A DNA stretch of 63,386 bases, counting the filler. It is 10 parts of 10 records of this genome, joined end to end, with 100 filler letters (N's around TTAATTAATTAA, not from the genome) between each part and the next. Parts side by side here need not be neighbours in the genome. Positions count along the whole stretch, not along the records: positions 51,980 to 58,602 come from SRR7504441_4203; positions 58,703 to 63,386 come from SRR7504441_4207; 8 more parts are not named here. The stretch is one strand, 5' to 3'. The translations under genes were made by a program, and so were the position numbers. Within the stretch, counting starts at the first letter, position 1. Every line of letters begins with the position of its first letter. The notes under the pieces were generated by a model, which saw nothing but the letters and a program-made list of their open reading frames with translations, made no database searches and was not told the DNA's origin. Shown here piece by piece: positions 56,801 through 63,386 of this stretch.

Positions 56801-58588
56801 GCCTGGTCACCGTTTCTAAAGTGCCAGCGCAGCCTTCACAGGCCTTTAGAAGTCACGCGTCGTTCTGGCTTCACCTGAACAAGTGGCACCGACACACAGT
56901 TGCATTGGAATCAGTTTTGCACCAGGGGCAGTTTGTGGTGGCAACCCCCACTGGAACTGGGGAGCAACTTCGACTAGAGCCGTACTCGTCCACACCCGAT
57001 TTCCACAGTCGAGCCAGCTTCGCACTGCACAAAAAAGGAGAAAGAATGGGCAGCTTCGTCACGCCTGAGTACCGTGGCTTTACTGCAATATACACTGGTG
57101 CCAGTGGAGATGGGCGTATGTGGGCTCCTGGCATCTGGCTTGGGACATCCACACTAGAAGAGTGCGCCACAGCTTGCCTTGAGCAAAAGGACCGGCCCAA
57201 AGCAAAAGACGGGCCATGTCGTGGATTCATCTTCCTCCGAAGTGGAAACTGCTCTCTGGTAAAAGATCTGGTCATGAACCGGGTTCGGACAACAGAAGGT
57301 GCTGCTCGGGGCTGCAAATGAGCTGAGGGTGCCTGTGGTAGGAATTTCTTACATGCGCGCTGCACATAATCCGGAGGAGCAGCTCTCTTCGGTGCGCTGC
57401 TCACTGCTGAGTATAACCTGCCTGTAACATGCTGCCTCGTGCTACAAGTACGAGTGTTTTGAGTGTCATGTCGCAGGTTGCACTGGCACGAAAAGCCGAA
57501 GGGCAGCCAGAATTTGATGATTTGAACGCTCACAAGCTGGCCGCACAGAACGCCGCAATGGCCAGGAGCCTCCGCAAAGAGATCGATCTAGCGTTAGTCA
57601 GCGACTCTCAGGCCTCCGCACAGGAAATGCTTCAGTCTAGACACAAAAACAAACTAACGATGCTCAACCGCAAACGACATTTGCAGCGCGAGGAGACCCA
57701 GACAAACTTGACACAGCAGCACAGAGTGCTGGAGTCTCGCATGAGCATTAATTTGACAGGCATACTTCAAACCGAAAAGTCTGAGGAGCTCAAGGCGGTC
57801 GAGCAATATCATCTGGCCTACAAGCAAGCGGTCAATCGTTGGACCAACAAAAAGCAGAAAGCACGAATAGACGAGGCAGCAGCATACAGCAAGGCGGAGG
57901 CGAGGCGGATGCAGGAGGTTCGAACGCTACGTAGTACCAACAGGCTCAAGCGGCTCAGTTTGCAACAGTGGTTTACCCGAAAGGTTAGGGTTCTGAAAGA
58001 AGCGGCGGACGCGGCACTCCAAGCCAAGTACACTCAGGATGAGGCTGAGTGGCGGGCGGCCCTTGTCAAGAGCCTGACTCAATCGAGTGTGCTCGGGCCT
58101 GCTGCGTGGCCTCGTGACTTGGTGAGCGCTGCTACTCGTCTCACTGACCAGTGCAATGCAGGAGAGCCGAGACTCGTATTCTGGGTTTGGTGTTCCTCAT
58201 TGGGTTCTCGGCCGCTCCGGCGAGAGCTGCTCCAGTGCTTGCTCGGAGCATGGCGGGTTTGTGCAGCCGGCCCAGCAGCCGGACCACCCGCTGGCTGGAT
58301 GCCTGGTTGCTAAAGATGAGACACCCCCGAGCTGCAACTCGTCGAGGCTCTCGTATGGCCGGGGCTGGTCTGCAGTGGTGCATAGCCCCATAATGCAATA
58401 ATATAATCATATGGGTGTACTGCTCACCGGATTTGGTTCGGCAGGAGTGCACGGTGCCAGCTGAGGGAAAGGTCTACCCGGCGGTCAAGTCCGGGGTCGG
58501 ATCCGAGGACCCAGCCAACTTCGAGTGGTCAGTGTGCCAACTCAGTTGCTCGTGTGCGGGTAAGTTTGCTACCAACGCGTACAATTAG
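53899..58588 (+). CDS. Large secreted multidomain protein (LamG-like, PAN/Apple, F5/8-C/fucolectin-like, AbfB-like, coiled coil); 3' end approximate
   Basis: Signal peptide; FTFCAWIRT..LNDGARHHVCASYDG; CVQECRQQPACSGVTY; NLARNAAVRMSST..WIELDLG..LHVAEVEV; SFR|AIAGL..VALES; LEECATACLE. Short introns restore the frame (e.g. 55949-55987). Confidence 0.65.
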
Positions 58589-58602
58589 TGGCATTTAGTG
58601 CA

Positions 58603-58702
58603 NNNNNNNNNNNNNNNNNNNNNNNNNNNNNNNNNNNNNNNNNNNNTTAATTAATTAANNNNNNNNNNNNNNNNNNNNNNNNNNNNNNNNNNNNNNNNNN
58701 NN
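58603..58702. other. Artificial contig linker
   Basis: N44-TTAATTAATTAA-N44. Confidence 0.99.
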
Positions 58703-59304
58703 AAGGTTAAGCACCTTAAGCCCTTCTTGACTAGCCATTGGGAGGGCCTATGGAGGGCGACGTCGCCGAGGACGACACGGAGGACGGGCTGGCAGCCAAG
58801 CTTCAAAGCATCATGGGGCAACTTGGCATGGCCTTCAAGCTGGCTGGTGACCGGTCGGAGGTACAACGCTTCCAGCAGCTGGTTGGCTCGCAAGCTGCCG
58901 CCAAGGCGGCGCTTTCCAACCACAGCGCCCACGAGACCTGCACGTTTGAATGCCGTGCGGGCACCACACCTGTCGCCGACCAAGAGCACAATGCATCAGC
59001 GATATCAGACGGATGTGGCAAGCCTGGGTTGCGTGTCAATGCTGATTTCCCTTTCCACACGTGCTGTCACAGCCATGATGTTTGCTACGGCACATGCAAC
59101 ACCAACAAGAATCGCTGTGACCTGGACTTCATCTTTTGCATGAATTCTACCTGTAACTATGTGGCCCCTAACGACCAATGCCGCCACGCTGCAGTCAATC
59201 TCTTTGACGATACGGTGGCGCTATCGCAGGAGGCTTGCAGTGATTACGTCGAGTCTCAAACAAAGGCATGCACCTGTATCACCGGCAAGGGAGCAGAGTT
59301 GTGA
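58703..59304 (+). CDS. Group XII secretory phospholipase A2-like, probably 5' truncated
   Basis: DGCG...FHTCCHSHDVCYGTCNTNKNRCDLDFIFCM...C...YVESQTKACTC (His-Asp dyad and PLA2G12 Cys pattern). Confidence 0.85.
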
Positions 59305-59598
59305 GACCACAAGAAACTAGCACAAGCAATCAACTTAGCTAATCCATCCAATCCAAGTTTTCACATTCAAGGATCGGTGCTTGGTCACTTCAAGATGTGT
59401 ATCGGCCATGTATCCGCGTATTTAGAAGCTCAAAATTGTAGGCTGAGGCCAATCACGGAGGACAATTGTTGCGTATTAATCATTCTTTGTGAACGTGTTG
59501 CCAGCCAACTTTTTAATTAAACATTACAAAGACCGTATACACACGCCTTAATGCGGTCCACACATGCGTAGAGGTACGTGTTTGCTCATCTTTTGTGC

Positions 59599-60491
59599 TC
59601 ATTCTTTATCCTTCAACGCTTCTGCCGTGAGTTGCCCTCGTAACAACCTGTGCCACCTTACCCGGCTTCTTAAGTGCCAATTCCACCTCACCAGCAGCTG
59701 CTTCTCTTGGCTGTTTTGGTCCATCCGCTCCTCCAACGGCCACCACCTGGCGCGAAAGGCTCGCCCTCAGCATTCGGCGGGCGCATGCGGGACCTTAAAG
59801 TGAGAATATAAGTCTTGTCGTCTGCTACAATCATCGGGAAGAACGTCGACTGAGCCGCCGCCGCCACCACTCTGTACGGCAACCCTTCGAACGGCGCCAC
59901 CACCCGACTCAAATCGACTAGCGTGTCCTGTCACCCAGCGCTCGGCCCGTCCAGGCCGGATCCTTTGCCTGCCGTTGCCCCCAGAACGATAGAGTGCTGA
60001 TCCTCAGCTGGTTGGTCGGCCGTTTCAGCGCGAGCAGCCCCACATACCTGGGCCCAATCGCCTGGCCCGTCCCAACAACGGCCACCGCCGTCCGTAAAAG
60101 TACAAGGCGCCGGAGGCCACTCCACAGCCGGCCAGGATCGCACCGCTGCAGCTCGGGTGAGTGCCGGCCAGCGGCGCCCGACCTGAGGGCCAGCATGGCG
60201 GGCGAGGGGGCGGTGCCCATGGCCTGCATCGCTATCGGGGTGGCGAACGCGCTGGCGGCGCTGCCCGGCAGGGTGGGCGTGGCAGCCAGGCCGGTGTCAC
60301 CCGAGCTGGGCGAGTTTGGCCCGCAGGAGCAGCCGGAGCGGCATCAGAAAGGCGCCCTTGTACAGCCGGATCTCGCCCTCCACGCCAGCGCCGGCAGAGC
60401 ACCAGCGCAGCCCGTGCCCGCGAGGCTGGTGACACGCCGGCCGGCGAGGAGCTGCGTGAACGACCGAGCGACTCGCCACTCGGGCCAGCAT
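59599..60491 (-). CDS. TMEM186-like mitochondrial membrane protein
   Basis: Arg-rich transit-like N-terminus; RYVGLLAL...LRISTLSFWGQRQ|D across GC-AG intron 59928-59968. Confidence 0.6.
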
Positions 60492-60571
60492 CTTCCGTCA
60501 GTTTCCGTTATGCTGCCAGCTGCTCCGAGATCCAGGGGTCGGCACGCTGATCCTTGGCAGTGGCGGCTGCG

Positions 60572-62323
60572 ATGAGCGAGATGGCGAGCCCCCGGAGCCA
60601 CGAGCACCAGCGTGCGTTCGGGCTGCCTCACGGGGTGCCTGGCTGGGTGTGGTGCCTGGCCGACTGGTCGGGCAGGAGGTGCTAGTGGATGACTTCGCTT
60701 GTTCGCTCTGGCATAAGTTCCACCTGCCGGGCCGGATGTACGTATTCCAATATCACCTTTGCTTCCTGCACAAGATGCCCCCGATGAACGAGGCGCCCCC
60801 CCGGCCCGCCCAACGGCCAGCCCGACCGCAGATGACCATAACCATTCCGCTGCCAGAGGTTCAGGCGGTCGACAAGGCGCGCTCCATGGGAATCCTCTCC
60901 AACGCGATCGAGGCGCCCGCCCGGCGGCGGCCGGGGCGGATGCGGGGCAGGTGCTGCACGCGGGCGATCAGCTGGACGGCAAGCCCGGCCCGGCCAAGCT
61001 CTTCTTCTCGAACTTTATGAAAAGGGACACGGCCTTCGAGGTACTAACCCGAACCTGGAAGCTCGCCGTGGAGGCCCAGACCACCCGGGACGCCCAGGGC
61101 GGCCGGTGGACCCCAGCCAACGAGACCCGGCCCGAAGACGCCGCCCGGCCGTCCTCACCTGTCAGCAAGCCGGGCTCTGGCAAGTCGTCACCTGGTACTC
61201 CCGTGCGGCAGCACACGACCAGCCAGCCGCCCGGCGGGCTGATGCTACCCGAGCCGCAGCTGACCGACGATATCTCGCCGGCCGGGTCGGTCTCGCCGAG
61301 CCGAGCGGCCGAGTCACCGGAGCCGACGGCGCAGCACACTCGGAAGCGAAGCTTTGACCAGGCAACCGTGTCCTTGGGGAAAGATTTCGGGCTACCTACG
61401 GAGGTCTGGGGGGAGGGGGAGGGGGTCGGGACGGGCGGGGCAGGAGGCGGTGCTGATCAAAGAGTTCAGCTGCAAGGGAGAGATCAAGGATCTGATCACC
61501 ACGAGGGACACTGTGGACGAGATCAAGCTCGAGGGAAAAGCCTACCTGTTCAAGAACTACTTCTGCTTCCAGGCGCGCCCGGCCGGCTGACGGCGGCCAG
61601 CCGGTGCAGGCGAACGAGATGCGCCGGACGTCTTGCGATATCACCGGGGAGCCCGAGGCCTGTGAGTCTGCAGGGAACATCGGGCGCAAAAAGTGGACTG
61701 TGCCTCTGCGAGAGGTGACTGCGATAGAGAAGGCCCGGACGGTGCTGGTGATAACGGACGCGATCCGGCTTTACACCAACAAAGTCCAGTTCTTTCTCTC
61801 TAACATCAAGAATCGAGATCAGGTCGGCTCTGGCTGTTGCTTGGGCGTGATCTGCCTGCAGGTGCTCACCACACTTAATTCCGTCTGGGGGGTCTCGAAG
61901 GCCATGATAGACATCGCCGGTCCCTGCCCCGACCCGACCCCGATCGAGGAGCCCAAGCCGGCCAGCTCTCCGTCTGAGTCGGCTCACGCTACCCCACCCG
62001 GATCTCCACCACAGGGGCCAGATGCCGAGCCCGCCGAAAGCTCGAGCTTGCTCCTGAAGGGCACTGAGTTGGCGGCGGCGATCAGGCCGGCGGTGCTCCC
62101 GTGGCTGCCCACTTTGGCGCTGGTGCTGCTGGTGCTGCTTGCCGGCTGGCTTTGGGTGCTTTGGGGGCGACTGGATGCTTTGGGAGGGGCAAACGGATCG
62201 CAGCCGGTGTGCCAGGAGCCTGGGGCGGCTACCCAGCCAAACGCAATAGAGACGGAGGTCCGAGCAGAGCTGGAGGCTATGCGCACACACATACAACAAT
62301 TACTCGACAAGCTGCCTACCTAA
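60572..62323 (+). CDS. Tandem-GRAM-domain membrane protein
   Basis: EVLVDDFACSL..GRMYVFQYHLCF..NAIE..FFSNFMKRDTAF; second GRAM FSC..GKAYLFKNYFCF..IEKART..DAIRL; C-terminal TM; 6 introns, 3 of them GC-AG. Confidence 0.85.
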
Positions 62324-62518
62324 TCAAAGGCACGATCGATGGAGCACAATCATGAAAGTGCCGTCTAACATTATACTGTAATCTCGTCTGGCATGGCGCA
62401 CATACGTTATTGATAATCGTGAACGGACCTGTTTCCACCTGCAGTAAGCGCCGAGTGATGTCTCATAAACGACTTTATGCTTTGTATACAGCCTTTAATT
62501 AAGATTTTTAACAATGCT

Positions 62519-63386
62519 TCAAGTGTTAGCGGTCGCTCGTGCCATCATCACTGCCCTTTGGGAGGACTCTTGCTTACGTTGTGAGACTTGATTTTCAACC
62601 TTTTGTTTCATTTTTAGTGCCGATGCAGCAGCCTGGTTCAACTTGACATTCATGGCATGGCTCTTGCCACCCCCATCATTAGAATTGGTTTTCGGAACAG
62701 CCATCTCTTGGACATATGCCACTAACTCATCCGACATTGGCTTGGCTCCACCATATATCGCGTGGTTCTTTCGATCGCGCGCTAATCTTTGGCAGCTGAC
62801 CAACCCATCTGACGGCGGAATATAGTCGTCAGGTCTCCAGAATGTTGTTGAGTAAGACCTCGGTCTTCTTGCTTCCTTGATCCCGGCCATCTGTCGAGCA
62901 AAGTCGTATTTCTCTAAGTAACGTGAGTCCTGGCCCGTGCAGCCTTGTGGCATGATCCCTGGACCGTTCTTTTTGCCGTACCTGCGAGAGATATCTAAGA
63001 ACCAACCAGATGAGGCAGGCGGCTTACTGGTCTGGGTTGTTTCGAAAGTATCTTTCAAACGCCTGCGGGTCGAGCCAACGCAGCTGCGTTTGTATGCCCT
63101 TATTAGTGGCCCCATGCGCCCCCTTGGCCGCCTCAGGGTACATCCTGTACCCAATGGAAAACTTCCTCGTGACTGAGGAGTCCCATCCCATGGTCTGAGG
63201 CGGAACCAGGCCCTCGAATATCTTGAGCGACCGCTCCTCCCTAGTTTGTGGCACATGCTCCTTCGGCGGCCAGTCGCCCCTGGGGCACTCGTTGAGGGTG
63301 GTAGAGTCCAGCCTGCAACCGCCACTGATGGGCTGCGACCGTTGCACTCGAATTCCGCATCCTGCATGTACAGCTGTCTTCGTAGT
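62519..63386 (-). CDS. Hypothetical protein, 5' truncated
   Basis: Frames 63024-63347 and 62519-62981 are joined by a GTAAG...CAG intron; an AT-rich spacer follows the stop. Confidence 0.5.
   Translation of the reverse strand, partial: LRRQLYMQDAEFECNGRSPSVAVAGWTLPPSTSAPGATGRRRSMCHKLGRSGRSRYSRAWFRLRPWDGTPQSRGSFPLGTGCTLRRPRGRMGPLIRAYKRSCVGSTRRRLKDTFETTQTSKPPASSGWFLDISRRYGKKNGPGIMPQGCTGQDSRYLEKYDFARQMAGIKEARRPRSYSTTFWRPDDYIPPSDGLVSCQRLARDRKNHAIYGGAKPMSDELVAYVQEMAVPKTNSNDGGGKSHAMNVKLNQAAASALKMKQKVENQVSQRKQESSQRAVMMARATANT

Noticed and set aside
5323-58702. Recurring TTAATTAATTAA flanked by Ns as a biological repeat or array
   Set aside because: It is an identical 100-nt six-frame-stop linker. 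Gene neighbourhoods across linkers are therefore meaningless.
497-61609. GC-AG introns as introner transposons (AG direct repeats at the junctions)
   Set aside because: No shared internal sequence or terminal inverted repeats are visible among the introns. A genome-wide all-vs-all comparison would be needed to exclude this fully.

Overview
Ten unrelated contigs joined by nine artificial 100-nt linkers (N44-TTAATTAATTAA-N44). They come from a GC-rich, very gene-dense eukaryotic genome, probably a flagellated phagotrophic protist; the lineage cannot be determined from this window. The genetic code appears standard. About 35 spliced or intronless genes are present, including ChaC, an ABCG transporter, GH3, GH116, a GH56 fragment, a sialate O-acetylesterase, MIOX, UBA5-like, actin-related, MAPEG, NSUN2, NAGPA, AMP deaminase, GGH, THOC2, PLA2G12, TMEM186-like and GRAM proteins. 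The most unusual signal is the splicing system: introns are almost uniformly 35-48 nt with G-rich 3' ends and no polypyrimidine tract, and at least 17 (roughly a fifth to a quarter of those I could delimit by hand) use GC donors, always as exonic AG|GC with no conserved downstream intronic consensus. Other signals are a sense-oriented YAACGG motif just upstream of many start codons, divergent gene pairs with ATGs as little as 26 bp apart, one oversized intron holding a box C/D-like RNA candidate, a UBA5 paralog lacking the catalytic Cys, and a decayed retroelement-like ORF. All gene models are manual and lack transcript support.
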